Part shown: positions 1-9,640 of the stretch, piece after piece | Layout of the letters: every line of letters begins with the position of its first letter | Numbering within the stretch: the first letter of the stretch is position 1 | Assembly (NCBI GenBank): GCA_964414295.1 | Contig: CAYPVU010000007.1 | Location: forward strand, 43,492-107,491 | DNA: 64,000 nt | Direction: 5' to 3' | From: an uncultured Candidatus Saccharibacteria bacterium | Lineage (GTDB): Bacteria > Patescibacteriota > Dojkabacteria > J137 | The notes under the pieces: model-generated | Databases searched by the model: none | What the model saw: the letters and a program-made list of their open reading frames with translations, nothing else | What the model was told of the DNA's origin: nothing | Made by a program: the position numbers and the translations under genes

Positions 1-331
1 CCATTTCTCCAATATCTACACTTCTAATAATTTGCTTATCACTCATCATTAGTTTCTGTTCAATTTCCGAAATTATGTCATCAACTACTTCTTCCGGAAT
101 ATGTCTTTTACTTGTAGCTTTAGATATCCCTCTTTTTAGTTTTTCCCTATCGAATTCCTGTACTCGACCATCTCTTTTTAATACATTTAATGTGACTGTC
201 TCTACTCTTTCGTAAGTAGTGAATCTCTTTTTACATTTTTCGCACTCTCTTCTTCTTCTTGTAGCATTATTATTGCTTTCTCTTTTATCAATAACTCTGG
301 TACAGTTGGCTTTACAATATGGACAAATCAT
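1..331 (-). CDS. nrdR: Transcriptional repressor NrdR, N-terminal part (gene runs off window start)
   Basis: Reverse-complement translation starts at ATG 329-331: MICPYCKANCTRVIDKRESNNNATRRRRECEKCKKRFTTYERVE... This matches the NrdR zinc ribbon (CPxC..TKVIDSR..RRRR.C..C..RFTT.E) followed by an ATP-cone start. No stop before position 1, so it is absent from the ORF track. Confidence 0.85.
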   Translation of the reverse strand, partial: MICPYCKANCTRVIDKRESNNNATRRRRECEKCKKRFTTYERVETVTLNVLKRDGRVQEFDREKLKRGISKATSKRHIPEEVVDDIISEIEQKLMMSDKQIIRSVDIGEM

Positions 332-546
332 TATTTTTAATAAACACAATTAATTGTATGTAGATACCAATCTACCCCCAAACAGTTGTGGTGTCAAATG
401 GTAAAGTGTTACACGAAAGAGTTTAAGAAGGCAGTAGTTTTCACAAAAAGTTTGAAGGAAAATCTCTTATTATAGGGTACTATTTTCTTCTAGAATTTAC
501 AAAATATTTTTAAAAGCAAAGTAAAAAGTTAATAAATCATACTACC

Positions 547-999
547 CTATAGCGTTAAAGTGTTGAGTATTCTGCTCTCATCTAAGTCGTTTTCCATTTT
601 GCCTTGTTCCTGCATTATTGCTATTAATTCATTTATATCCATCCAAATAAGTTCACTATCTGCATCTCTATCATTACTATTTCTTTGTGTTTGCTCTGCA
701 ATTTGGCATAAAAAGTAAAGAGTAGTTTTATTTACTAATTCATTGTTGTCAACAGGAAAATTAGATTGAATCGATCCAATATATTTAGTAGGGATAACTT
801 TGTAGCCTGTTTCTTCTTCTACTCTATTTAAAGTTTCTTCTAAGGTTTTATTGTTCGAGTGAGTCTTCTTTGGCAAAAAGTATTTATTACCAATTCTTTC
901 TAGTTTGTGGACTAAAACTTTATTTTCCTCATTTAAAATCACAGCTCCTACAGATAGGTGATTTTTATTATTGTTAGACCAAGCAAATAGGTTTTCCAT
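547..999 (-). CDS. Nudix hydrolase
   Basis: Nudix box-like segment GAVILNEENKVLVHKLERIGNKYFLPKKTHSNNKTLEETLNRVEEETG (G..E..REVxEEtG pattern). Confidence 0.6.
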   Translation of the reverse strand: MENLFAWSNNNKNHLSVGAVILNEENKVLVHKLERIGNKYFLPKKTHSNNKTLEETLNRVEEETGYKVIPTKYIGSIQSNFPVDNNELVNKTTLYFLCQIAEQTQRNSNDRDADSELIWMDINELIAIMQEQGKMENDLDESRILNTLTL

Positions 1000-1069
1000 A
1001 ATTAAATTGGTAATGTATTTACTATATTATATGTTAAATTATATATAATACTACAAAACAATCATAATT

Positions 1070-2533
1070 ATGGATTCTCAACTTAAGTGGTTTCATGCAA
1101 TAGGTGCTTGCGGCAAAGCTACAGCTAATGTTGCTAAAATGTTTAAAACAATGGGGTGGTTTGTAACTGGTACAGATGTTCAGTTTATACCGCCTGCAAG
1201 CAATATTTTAATTGAGGAAGGTATTCCAACCGAAATTGGCTACCATTATTCTCATTTAACTAAAGAATTTTGGGAAGCAAAGTTAGGTAAAATTTTAAAT
1301 ATACCTAAGTATCCTACTTTAGGATTAATAGTAGAATCTTCATCTTCAAAAAATAAAGAGTATTTATTTGCTAAAAAACAAGGTATTGATATTAGACCTT
1401 TTTCTCAAGTATTAAGAGATTACTTAGTTAAACCAGAAAGTATAGTAGTAACTGGAACTGCAGGAAAAACTACAACTACAGCCTTAATTACCTTTATGTT
1501 AAAAGAATTAGGTTTAGATCCTAGCTATATGATTGGTGCTGATGTAATAGATTTTAAGGATTCATTACAAAATACAGAGTCAAACTATTCTGTATTAGAA
1601 GGCGATGAATATTACTCAAAAGAATTATCAACTGGAGCAAAGTTTTTACAATACAAACCAAAGTATGGAGTTATTACAAAGATAAGCTGGGAACATGTAG
1701 ATGTTTATCCAACTGAAGAAGAGTATGTTAATGAATTTAAGAAGTTTGTAGAACTTATCCCAAATAATGGAGTTCTTATTGCAAAGGCAGGTGATAAAAA
1801 TATTGATAAAGTCTTAGAAAACTATAGAGGTTCATTAATAAGATATGGATTTGTAGAATCTATTAGTGATATTTCTAAAAATGATAATAGTTTTTACATA
1901 ACTTTATCTGAATCAAAAAAGAATTATATTATTATAGATTCTAAGGGTAATGAAATTGTAAATGGTACTACAAAACTTTTGGGAGAATATAATTTAGAAA
2001 ATATTTTATCTGCTTATATTATTTATAGTCAGATATTAAATAAAACTGATCTAAACAAATTTGTAGAAATTATTTTAAAGTTTAACGGTGCTAAAAAAAG
2101 ACTAGAAAAGTTATATGAGAGTAATAATCTTGTTGTAATAGATGATTTTGGTGTTGCTCCAGAAAGAGCAAAGAATTCTTTAAAAACATTAAAAGAATAT
2201 TATCCAAACTATAGGATAACAGCAGTATTTGAACCTAATTCTGGAAGTCGACCTTTAGATAACCAAATCTTTAATAAAATATACAATCATGCTTTTGATG
2301 ATGCGTATAATGTATTAATTCCAACATTAAGCGATACTCCAGATTTAATTCAAACAAATGGATTTATTAGTAATCTAAAAGAACTAGGTGTAAATTCCGC
2401 TTATATCCCTACCGATGATTTAATAGAAGAACTAAAAAAATATACAGATGGTACCAAAACATTAATAGTCTTTTTTAGTGCATATAGACTTACCCAAATT
2501 GCACATGACTTTGTAGCAGAAATATCAGTTTAA
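1070..2533 (+). CDS. Mur ligase family protein (MurC/Mpl-like)
   Basis: N-terminal IGACGKATANVAKMFKTMGWFVTGTD matches the MurC/Mpl Rossmann domain. Mur ligase P-loop VVTGTAGKTTTTALI is present, and the EGDEYY.. region resembles the Mpl/MurC central domain. Confidence 0.7.
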   Translation: MDSQLKWFHAIGACGKATANVAKMFKTMGWFVTGTDVQFIPPASNILIEEGIPTEIGYHYSHLTKEFWEAKLGKILNIPKYPTLGLIVESSSSKNKEYLFAKKQGIDIRPFSQVLRDYLVKPESIVVTGTAGKTTTTALITFMLKELGLDPSYMIGADVIDFKDSLQNTESNYSVLEGDEYYSKELSTGAKFLQYKPKYGVITKISWEHVDVYPTEEEYVNEFKKFVELIPNNGVLIAKAGDKNIDKVLENYRGSLIRYGFVESISDISKNDNSFYITLSESKKNYIIIDSKGNEIVNGTTKLLGEYNLENILSAYIIYSQILNKTDLNKFVEIILKFNGAKKRLEKLYESNNLVVIDDFGVAPERAKNSLKTLKEYYPNYRITAVFEPNSGSRPLDNQIFNKIYNHAFDDAYNVLIPTLSDTPDLIQTNGFISNLKELGVNSAYIPTDDLIEELKKYTDGTKTLIVFFSAYRLTQIAHDFVAEISV

Positions 2534-2536
2534 ATT

Positions 2537-3454
2537 ATGCAGTCAGCAAAAACAATATTATTAAACAATACACTTGTAGGGGAAGTTAATCCTCAGCCTC
2601 AAAAAAGAAGAGCTAAGGTAGAGTTTCAGGCATATGCATATAAATTAGCTAATGACTTAAATGATCTTGCACATTTGCAGATTTATTTAAAATTAGCAAA
2701 GACTATTGAAAGACCTTTAATGGAGCAAGCCTATAGTTTTGTTGCAGATTCGTCTTCTTCAGAAAAAGGAAAGTTATTTTTATGGAAACTAAAAAAAATT
2801 CGCGAGCAAATTGATAGGGAAAGAAATAAAAAAAACTTTAAATATGATTATGTAATTCAAAGACAAAAAGAATTTAAAAAAATCTTTGCGAATGAAATTA
2901 TTTTAAAGCAGGATTCAGAAATTACAGATTTAATTGTAGAGAATTTAAAAAAGTATTTAATGCCGAACAAGAAAATTCTTGTTTTAGGAAATACATCTAG
3001 AAGAATTTTTAAAGCTGTTGAAAACTCTAAACCTAAAGCAACTGTAGTAGAGTTATCTCCTGAGATTAATAAAATAAATAATTCTAAAAAAGCAAAAGTT
3101 ATTAATAAGGATTTTCTTAAAAATATTTATAAGGATAACTACTTTGATGTAATTTTAATTAATAACTTTTGGAGCCAAATTCCTACAGAATCAGAAATAG
3201 GTTTTTTAAAAGAAATTAAAAGAGTCGCTAAAAAAAATTCTCTTATTTTAGTTTTATGCAAATGCAATAGTAAGTGCGATGAACAATGGAAAGAATTTGA
3301 ATATAGAAAAAAGATTTACTTAGTCTATACTAAAACCTTTACACAAGAAAGCTTAGACGAACAGTTAGGGAAATTTGAATTAAAAATGGATAAACAGTAC
3401 TTAGATGGTGGCTATTGTTTAAATGTATATTTAAATACTCAAGAAAAAGTATGA
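2537..3454 (+). CDS. Hypothetical protein, C-terminal half resembles class-I SAM methyltransferase fold (degenerate G-loop)
   Basis: ILVLGNTSRR / VVELSPE / DVILINNFW / LKEIKRVAKKNSLILV are in motif I / post-I / IV / later-strand order. Weak. Confidence 0.35.
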   Translation: MQSAKTILLNNTLVGEVNPQPQKRRAKVEFQAYAYKLANDLNDLAHLQIYLKLAKTIERPLMEQAYSFVADSSSSEKGKLFLWKLKKIREQIDRERNKKNFKYDYVIQRQKEFKKIFANEIILKQDSEITDLIVENLKKYLMPNKKILVLGNTSRRIFKAVENSKPKATVVELSPEINKINNSKKAKVINKDFLKNIYKDNYFDVILINNFWSQIPTESEIGFLKEIKRVAKKNSLILVLCKCNSKCDEQWKEFEYRKKIYLVYTKTFTQESLDEQLGKFELKMDKQYLDGGYCLNVYLNTQEKV

Positions 3455-3488
3455 CCCGATTACATTAGAAGTAATTCGGGTCTTTGTC
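3453..3488 (+). terminator. Hairpin terminator after 2537..3454
   Basis: gacccgattac-attagaa-gtaattcgggtc stem-loop directly after the stop, followed by a T-containing tract (ctttgtcc). Moderate T-tail. Confidence 0.45.
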
Positions 3489-3493
3489 CTTGA

Positions 3494-3832
3494 TTATTGA
3501 TTGGCTTGAATATGATTCATTAGCCCTTGAAAACGGCTGAAGTCTCTGGGATCCACTTTCGAGTACGCATTTTGCGCTCTCTCTGCTTGCTCCAAAGCCT
3601 CTGCAACCTTTTCGGCGGGTATAGCATTAACCTGTTGGACAATCTTTGCCCATAGCTGCTGCTTTTCCCACGATTCCATACCAAATGACTTGATCTCGAA
3701 AATTATCTTTGCAATCTGCTCGCGATTGAGGCGAATGCTCAGGTTCGAGACTTCTACAGCCGGGATCGTGGATTTCTTTGACCGTTTAGCAAAGCTAAAA
3801 AGTCTAAAGAAAGCTTTGATAACTTTAATCAT
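3494..3832 (-). CDS. Hypothetical helical protein encoded in a GC-rich insert
   Basis: 112-aa ORF whose codon composition is far more GC-rich than its neighbours. No recognisable motif. Confidence 0.35.
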   Translation of the reverse strand: MIKVIKAFFRLFSFAKRSKKSTIPAVEVSNLSIRLNREQIAKIIFEIKSFGMESWEKQQLWAKIVQQVNAIPAEKVAEALEQAERAQNAYSKVDPRDFSRFQGLMNHIQANQ

Positions 3833-3946
3833 GAATCACCTCTGCTTGTTCAAGTACATATATATTATATACCAGCTATATAAAAGTATCAATATGGATA
3901 AGGAAACTAAAAGGAGGACACTTCTGCCCTCCTCTGCATGTTGGGA

Positions 3947-4195
3947 CTACGCTGCTTCGGAAACCCGAGACATTACGTAGTCGAGGTTTAAGATATTGCA
4001 CTCCAACCGCTTCAAGAGCCAGTTGGGAGCAATCTGCCGGGGGACGCACAGTCCACCCGCCAGAACCCACGACGTTTGAGTTGGTAGCGCTAGCAATACG
4101 AAGAAAGGGAACTGTGTTGCAATCGCAACACCTGCTACCGCCAATACTGGCAGTAGGTACCAAATCATCGTTAACGCAATGCGTAAAATCTTCAT
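3947..4195 (-). CDS. Small hydrophobic (2-TM) peptide in GC-rich insert
   Basis: 82 aa with two hydrophobic stretches (LLPVLAVAGVAIATQFPFFVLLAL, WVLAGGLCV). GC-rich. May be a spurious ORF over a structured RNA. Confidence 0.25.
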   Translation of the reverse strand: MKILRIALTMIWYLLPVLAVAGVAIATQFPFFVLLALPTQTSWVLAGGLCVPRQIAPNWLLKRLECNILNLDYVMSRVSEAA

Positions 4196-4293
4196 ACGTA
4201 CTCCTAACCTCTGGATGTCTTATTATATCATTAGTATATAGATGTTGGCTACCCTAAACTTTAATGTATAATATGTAAAATCTTATTAATCTT

Positions 4294-4956
4294 ATGAATA
4301 TAAAAATAGAAGAATCTTGGAATCAAGTTTTAAAAGAAGAGTTTAATAAACCTTACTTTCAGCAATTAATAAACTTTGTAAAAGAAGAATATGCTACCAA
4401 AACAATATTCCCTCCAGGACCTTTAATTTTTAGAGCTTTTAATGAATGCCCTTTTGATAAATTAAAAGTAGTAATTTTAGGACAAGATCCTTACCATACT
4501 CCAGGGGTGGCTAATGGATTAGCTTTTTCTGCTAACCCAGATAATAGGATCCCTCCTTCTTTATTAAATATTTATAAAGAAATTAAGAATGATTTAGGAA
4601 ATCCTATTCCTGATAATCCAGATTTAACTAAATGGGCACAGCAAGGTGTTTTATTACTTAATGCTACTCTCACAGTTAGAAAAGGAGAAGCTGGATCTCA
4701 TCAAAAAAAAGGATGGGAAGAATTTACAGATAATGTTATTAAAATAATTTCAGATAAAAAAGAAAATCTAGTTTTTATTTTGTGGGGAGCCTATGCTCAA
4801 AAAAAGGAAATCTTAATTGATAATACAAAACATTTTATAATTAAATCACCCCATCCTTCCCCGTTTAGTGCAGACCGCGGTTTTTTTGGAAGTAAGCCCT
4901 TCAGCAAAACCAATGCCTACTTAGAAGAAAAAGGTTTGACACCAATTAATTGGTAG
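4294..4956 (+). CDS. ung: Uracil-DNA glycosylase (family 1)
   Basis: GQDPYH water-activating motif, LLLNATLTV, and the C-terminal HPSPFS leucine-loop motif. Length 220 aa. Confidence 0.9.
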   Translation: MNIKIEESWNQVLKEEFNKPYFQQLINFVKEEYATKTIFPPGPLIFRAFNECPFDKLKVVILGQDPYHTPGVANGLAFSANPDNRIPPSLLNIYKEIKNDLGNPIPDNPDLTKWAQQGVLLLNATLTVRKGEAGSHQKKGWEEFTDNVIKIISDKKENLVFILWGAYAQKKEILIDNTKHFIIKSPHPSPFSADRGFFGSKPFSKTNAYLEEKGLTPINW

Positions 4957-5358
4957 CCTAAACTCAATTTATACCTAAGCAAAGAATTTTTCTGGATATA
5001 GCTAATAGATCACCTTACATACTTCCAGGTGCTCATAGTGTTGAGCAATATCAATTACCCGCTATAAAAAACTCTGAATTAATGAGTATGCCAGGGATGC
5101 TTAATGAAGGTGTACTAATATTGCCATCTGAGGGTGTAACTAATTATGAATTACCTACCTCTGAACAATTTGAGGAAGAAATGCAGTTAGGTACCATTCC
5201 TAGTCCATTTAGAAACACAGTTTAGTAATGGATTTGTAATTTTAAGTTCTACAGGAACAGATATTCATCATATAGTAAAAAGATCTTATGTTAAATCTGA
5301 TAGGCGTGTAGCAAGAGAACTTCTGCCTTTTAACGGGGCTGTAAAAGCAACTTACGAT

Positions 5359-5832
5359 ATGCTTACCGATCCTAAACAGGAAGTTGTAAATAGATATGGA
5401 GGGATGGGAAATATGTTGATTAATTTAATACCCTTAGACTACTCTTTTCATCATAGATTTATTGAAGAGCGTCCATACAATCATGAGGTAAGAATAAGAT
5501 TGGATGGTGATGAATATGCTGTTACTCTGCCTGAACTGTTAATGAGTTTTAATATATTTAATTTAAGATTTAGACTTAATCCTTTGGTGGATTATATTTA
5601 TAAAGGTAAGGCAAAATGTCAAAGAGATATTGATGGTGGTGAGGAAACTAAAGTTGTTTTGGCTCAAAGACATAATATTAATGCATGGAATCAAATGGAA
5701 ATTGAACTCCCTAGAATTGAAGTAGTTGCAGAAGAGATACAAGAAGATCATCCTCATTTATATAGAATCTGGGAATCTGCTGTAGGTTTAAGAAGCAAAT
5801 ATTTTCCAAGAATTCCTGTTGTAGAGCATTAA
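5359..5832 (+). CDS. Hypothetical protein
   Basis: 157-aa ORF. The frame is open upstream to 5191, so a non-ATG start is possible. No motif. Confidence 0.4.
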   Translation: MLTDPKQEVVNRYGGMGNMLINLIPLDYSFHHRFIEERPYNHEVRIRLDGDEYAVTLPELLMSFNIFNLRFRLNPLVDYIYKGKAKCQRDIDGGEETKVVLAQRHNINAWNQMEIELPRIEVVAEEIQEDHPHLYRIWESAVGLRSKYFPRIPVVEH

Positions 5833-6774
5833 CTACTTTGTACTTTCTATTCTAACCCAGGTTTTAACAAAATCTTTTTTTACTACTTTTCTATCCCAAT
5901 ATATTTTAAGCCAAAGCCATAATCTTATTGGATACAAAAGAAAAGACCAGAATATTTCTTTTAAGTTTTTTGCATATTTAATTGGGAACCAGAAATATTC
6001 AAGTTCTCTAAAAAATGATCTTGTTTTAGTAGAAGGTTTTACTACGTTGTATTGCCAAAGCTGAATATAGCCTCCAGTTGATCTAGCCTTTTGCTTAAAA
6101 TAATCACTTAAGTTTGTAGGGTATTTTACATAAGCTAATGCTTTTGGTGCATAACTAATTTTGCCTCCATTATTAAATACTACATAAGAGATATAAGCAT
6201 CGTCTACTAGGCAGTCATCAGGAAATCTTATATCTGTTTTTCTAACTGCATAAATATAACCACTTACAGGAAAGAATTCTCTCTTTTTAACAAACTTTAA
6301 ACCCATACCTGCAGGTTCGGATGTTAAATCAACAGTTCTTTTATGATGAGCTGCATCACTTAATAAGTGACCAAAATACCCCATCATTGAATTTCTTGAA
6401 TCAGCAGATTTGGGTCTGCCAGTTACTAACATTGTTGTAGGATCTTCAAACGGTTTTAAAAGTTCTTCTACTGCTTTTTCGCCAAAGTAAACATCTCCAT
6501 CTGTAAGTATTAAAATATCTCCTTTTGCTTTATCCATTAGCAGATTTAGAGCTACTGGCTTTCCCTTGCCCGGATCTCTTATAAAGCTAAATTTAGCTTC
6601 TAAATCTAAAACTGCAATTTGTCCCATTGCAGCATTGTAGGTTTCGTTATCAGGGCAGGCTAGTAAAATTTCAAAGTCGCTAGGAATTCCAGAATATACT
6701 GAGTTTGCTATACATTCTATGCACTTAGCTATACTCTTTTCTTCTTTGTAAGCTGTTATTAAAACTGAAATCAT
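5833..6774 (-). CDS. Glycosyltransferase family 2
   Basis: N-terminal ISVLITAYKEE (GT2 Rossmann start), DGD (DxD-like) in ILILTDGDVY, and C-terminal hydrophobic helices. Confidence 0.65.
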   Translation of the reverse strand: MISVLITAYKEEKSIAKCIECIANSVYSGIPSDFEILLACPDNETYNAAMGQIAVLDLEAKFSFIRDPGKGKPVALNLLMDKAKGDILILTDGDVYFGEKAVEELLKPFEDPTTMLVTGRPKSADSRNSMMGYFGHLLSDAAHHKRTVDLTSEPAGMGLKFVKKREFFPVSGYIYAVRKTDIRFPDDCLVDDAYISYVVFNNGGKISYAPKALAYVKYPTNLSDYFKQKARSTGGYIQLWQYNVVKPSTKTRSFFRELEYFWFPIKYAKNLKEIFWSFLLYPIRLWLWLKIYWDRKVVKKDFVKTWVRIESTK

Positions 6775-7011
6775 ATGGTTATACTAATTGTTTTAATTAT
6801 AGCTATATATTGTTATTTTGAATAACTGTTTCTATTACTTTATACTTTTTTGGAGCCAAAAAGTATACAAAAAAGCTTTGGGGACAAAAATGATGTTGAA
6901 AGTTTTTATTTGTTAGTCAACCCATTTTTCTCCCCAAACCCCTTTATCAACATTGGCTTGAAAGTTTTACTTTTGTGAGAATAGATATATAAAGATTGCT
7001 ATAATTAGTAT

Positions 7012-8004
7012 ATGAATTATCAAATACCATTAAAATACTCACAAAACTTTCTAAAGGATGTAGGATTGATTAATACCCTTATATCTATTTCTGACCTTAA
7101 TAAGAATGATACTGTCTTAGATATTGGTTCAGGTCATGGAATTATTGCTAAAGAACTGGCAAAGAAAGTAAAAAAGGTAATAGCTATTGAAAAAGATAAA
7201 GAACTATTCGAAATATCTAAAAAGAATCTGCAGTCAATTTCTAACGTAGAAGTTAGGAATCAAGACTTTTTAAACTCAAAGCTGCCAAAAGAAGAGTATA
7301 AAGTTTTTGCAAATATACCGTTTAGCATTACTTCAGAAATTACAAAAAAGCTTTTTGAAGATGAAAATCCACCAATAAGTGCATATTTATTTATGCAAAA
7401 AGAAGCTGCAACTAGATTCCTAGGGTACCCATTAGTTAAGGAATCTTTGCTCTCTTTACTATATAAACCTTTTTATACAGTGAAAATTGTTTATAACTTT
7501 AGGCGTGAAGATTTTAATCCTGTTCCATCTAAAGATGTGTGTTTAATTGAATTTAAAACTAAATCAAAGCCAGAAGTTTATGCAAATGCTTATCCCTTAT
7601 ACAGGGACTTTGTAACTTATGCATTAAATCGATGGAAGCCAAATATTAAATTAGCTTTAAAGGGACTATTCTCTAATTTGCAATTAAAAATACTATCTAA
7701 GAACCTAAATTTTGATTTAGAATCCAAACCTACAGAAATTGAATACGAAACCTGGTTAGCATTATTTAGAGAATTTAATAAGATTGTACCTAGATATAAA
7801 CAAAAACAAGTAATGGGGAGTTTTGCAAAGTTAAGTTTTAATCAGCTTAATATGAGAAGAATTAATAAGAATAATTTAGAAAATGCATTAGAACAAAGAA
7901 AGTTAAATCCCGAAAAGCCAAATGCTTGGAGAGGAAATTACAAAAATAAAAATGACAAATCTTCAAATAAACGATATTACATGGAAAAGAACAGAAGAAG
8001 ATAA
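7012..8004 (+). CDS. rRNA adenine N6-methyltransferase, Erm/KsgA family (Erm-like motifs)
   Basis: YSQNFL, VLDIGSGHG, IEKDKEL, and NQDFLNSKLPKEEYKVFANIPFSITSEI, which parallels ErmC [29 protein letters not shown]. The C-terminal Lys-rich tail may be over-read into the overlapping next ORF. Confidence 0.8.
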   Translation: MNYQIPLKYSQNFLKDVGLINTLISISDLNKNDTVLDIGSGHGIIAKELAKKVKKVIAIEKDKELFEISKKNLQSISNVEVRNQDFLNSKLPKEEYKVFANIPFSITSEITKKLFEDENPPISAYLFMQKEAATRFLGYPLVKESLLSLLYKPFYTVKIVYNFRREDFNPVPSKDVCLIEFKTKSKPEVYANAYPLYRDFVTYALNRWKPNIKLALKGLFSNLQLKILSKNLNFDLESKPTEIEYETWLALFREFNKIVPRYKQKQVMGSFAKLSFNQLNMRRINKNNLENALEQRKLNPEKPNAWRGNYKNKNDKSSNKRYYMEKNRRR

Positions 8005-8839
8005 GTTTTTTCCTGTTTTAAAACTCTGGAATAGAGAAACAAAAGAATTTTCTCCCCTACCATTAAATAATTATTTATTTAATTTTAAACTTAGTACTGA
8101 TAAGTTTTGTACAGGCTATACAAAGGATGGCCAATACGTAGAGTGCAGATTTAATAATAAAGTAGATAAAAGCTTTAGCGGTCAATGTCCATATTGCGAA
8201 AGAATCCAGGGATTTAAATCTACATTTATTATGGGTGATTTAAGTCACGAAAGATCGGAAGAAATATTATCTCAGGAATACTATATTTATTTAGGATATT
8301 TTGAACCTGGTATTTTAAAAGTAGGAACTGCAAATACTAAAAGAAGTAGTTTAAGATTAATTGAACAAGACTGCTTAGTATATTGTTATATTGCAAAAGG
8401 AATTGGTTATCAAGTACAAAAGCTTGAACATTTGATCTCAAAAAAATTTGGAATTACTGAAAATGTAAAATCAAACCATAAATTCAAATACTTAGGTATA
8501 AAACCCAATCAAAAACACGCAGAAGAACAGTTTGAATCTGCTTTTAGCAGAATTAAAAATGAATACCTAAATACCGAATACTCTTCTCTATTTTTGGAAA
8601 ATATAAAAGTAAAAAGTCTATTAGAAAAAAATGAATTATTTTTTCCAGGTAAGTATAAAAAATTTGAAGATACAAACTTGTATGGTAATTTTAAAGGATT
8701 AAGGGGACGATATCTATTTTTAGAAAATGAAAGTAATACAGCAGCCTTTGATATTAACTATTTTATAGGAAGAGATATAGAAGATTATTTAGATAAATAC
8801 AGTTATAACTTTTTAGAAGAACAATTAAGTTTAATATGA
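7922..8839 (+). CDS. Hypothetical protein (CxxC-containing)
   Basis: 305-aa ORF. The start more likely lies at an internal Met (about 7952) given the 83-nt overlap with the upstream gene. CPYCER motif. Confidence 0.4.
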   Translation: MLGEEITKIKMTNLQINDITWKRTEEDKFFPVLKLWNRETKEFSPLPLNNYLFNFKLSTDKFCTGYTKDGQYVECRFNNKVDKSFSGQCPYCERIQGFKSTFIMGDLSHERSEEILSQEYYIYLGYFEPGILKVGTANTKRSSLRLIEQDCLVYCYIAKGIGYQVQKLEHLISKKFGITENVKSNHKFKYLGIKPNQKHAEEQFESAFSRIKNEYLNTEYSSLFLENIKVKSLLEKNELFFPGKYKKFEDTNLYGNFKGLRGRYLFLENESNTAAFDINYFIGRDIEDYLDKYSYNFLEEQLSLI

Positions 8840-9600
8840 TTTATAAGTTAGATTTTATAAAAGGAATAAGAAAGTATGTAAAAGACGAATTATACTTTTA
8901 CTATAAGGATAGGTTTAAGATTCTAAAAGAAACTCAAAAAGATTTGTTAATAGATACTGATATTTTAGATATTGATGAATTTAGGGCTTTAAAAACTGTA
9001 TTACATGTTGCTTTAATTGAAGATGAAAAAGTTAAAGTTGAAAGAAATTTGTATAAAAAAGAATGGAGAAAGTTTTTAGTACCAGCTGGAATTAATCCTA
9101 CTTTAGCTTTTGTTTTGTGTAAGCTTGCTAATCTAAATGAAGACGATATATTAATGGATCCATTTTGTGGTGGAGGTACAATTCCGATAACTGCCATTTT
9201 AGACTTTAATGTAAAAAAGGTTTTAGCAAGTGATATTTCTTCTAAAGCAATTGATTATACTAAAAAGAATTTTTTAGGGGCAGGCATAAAAAAAGATAAG
9301 TATTCTATTTTTATAAGTGACTTAAAAAGGTTAAGAGTACAAAAGGAATATTTAAGTAAAATTGTTACTAATATGCCTTTTGGAATAAGAGAAGGTAAAC
9401 ATAAAAGTAATGTAGATTTGTATAAACATTTTATAGGGTTTAGTTATTCTGCATTAAAAAAAGATGGGTTACTAGTTGCATTTACTACTGAAAAAAAACT
9501 TATATTAGAAAATATAAAAGATAAGTTTGAATTAATAGAAGAAGTTAGTATTGCTCAGGGCGGACTTTATCCTTCTGCATTTGTCTTAAAAAAAGTATAA
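8836..9600 (+). CDS. Putative RNA (guanine-N2/adenine-N6) methyltransferase, UPF0020-like
   Basis: DPFCGGGTIP (motif I) and NMPFG (NPPY-like motif IV). ATGA start/stop overlap with the upstream gene. Confidence 0.6.
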   Translation: MIYKLDFIKGIRKYVKDELYFYYKDRFKILKETQKDLLIDTDILDIDEFRALKTVLHVALIEDEKVKVERNLYKKEWRKFLVPAGINPTLAFVLCKLANLNEDDILMDPFCGGGTIPITAILDFNVKKVLASDISSKAIDYTKKNFLGAGIKKDKYSIFISDLKRLRVQKEYLSKIVTNMPFGIREGKHKSNVDLYKHFIGFSYSALKKDGLLVAFTTEKKLILENIKDKFELIEEVSIAQGGLYPSAFVLKKV

Positions 9601-9640
9601 ATATCTTGGTGTATAATCTATAAATAATCACTTAGACTAA

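Noticed and set aside
3690-4163. ORFs 3690..3980 (+) and 3876..4163 (-) inside the GC-rich insert
   Set aside because: They overlap each other and the better minus-strand ORFs. GC-rich sequence generates long spurious ORFs in all frames, and no motifs are present.
3850-4260. Tested the GC-rich segment as RNase P RNA, tmRNA or SRP RNA
   Set aside because: The conserved motifs (AGGAAAGUCCGGGC / ACAGAACCCGGCUUA for RNase P; the tRNA-like 3' end and tag ORF for tmRNA) are not present on either strand.
4957-5358. ~400-bp stretch with only a 47-codon ORF (5083..5226) between ung and the 157-aa gene; considered a disrupted gene
   Set aside because: No frame shows a protein-like continuation across the stops and no motif is recognisable. 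It may be just a long 5' region; the downstream ORF is open back to 5191.
7012-8004. Initial reading of this gene as 16S rRNA dimethyltransferase KsgA
   Set aside because: Motif-by-motif comparison is closer to ErmC than to KsgA. I kept it as the Erm/KsgA family with an Erm-like note instead of naming it ksgA.
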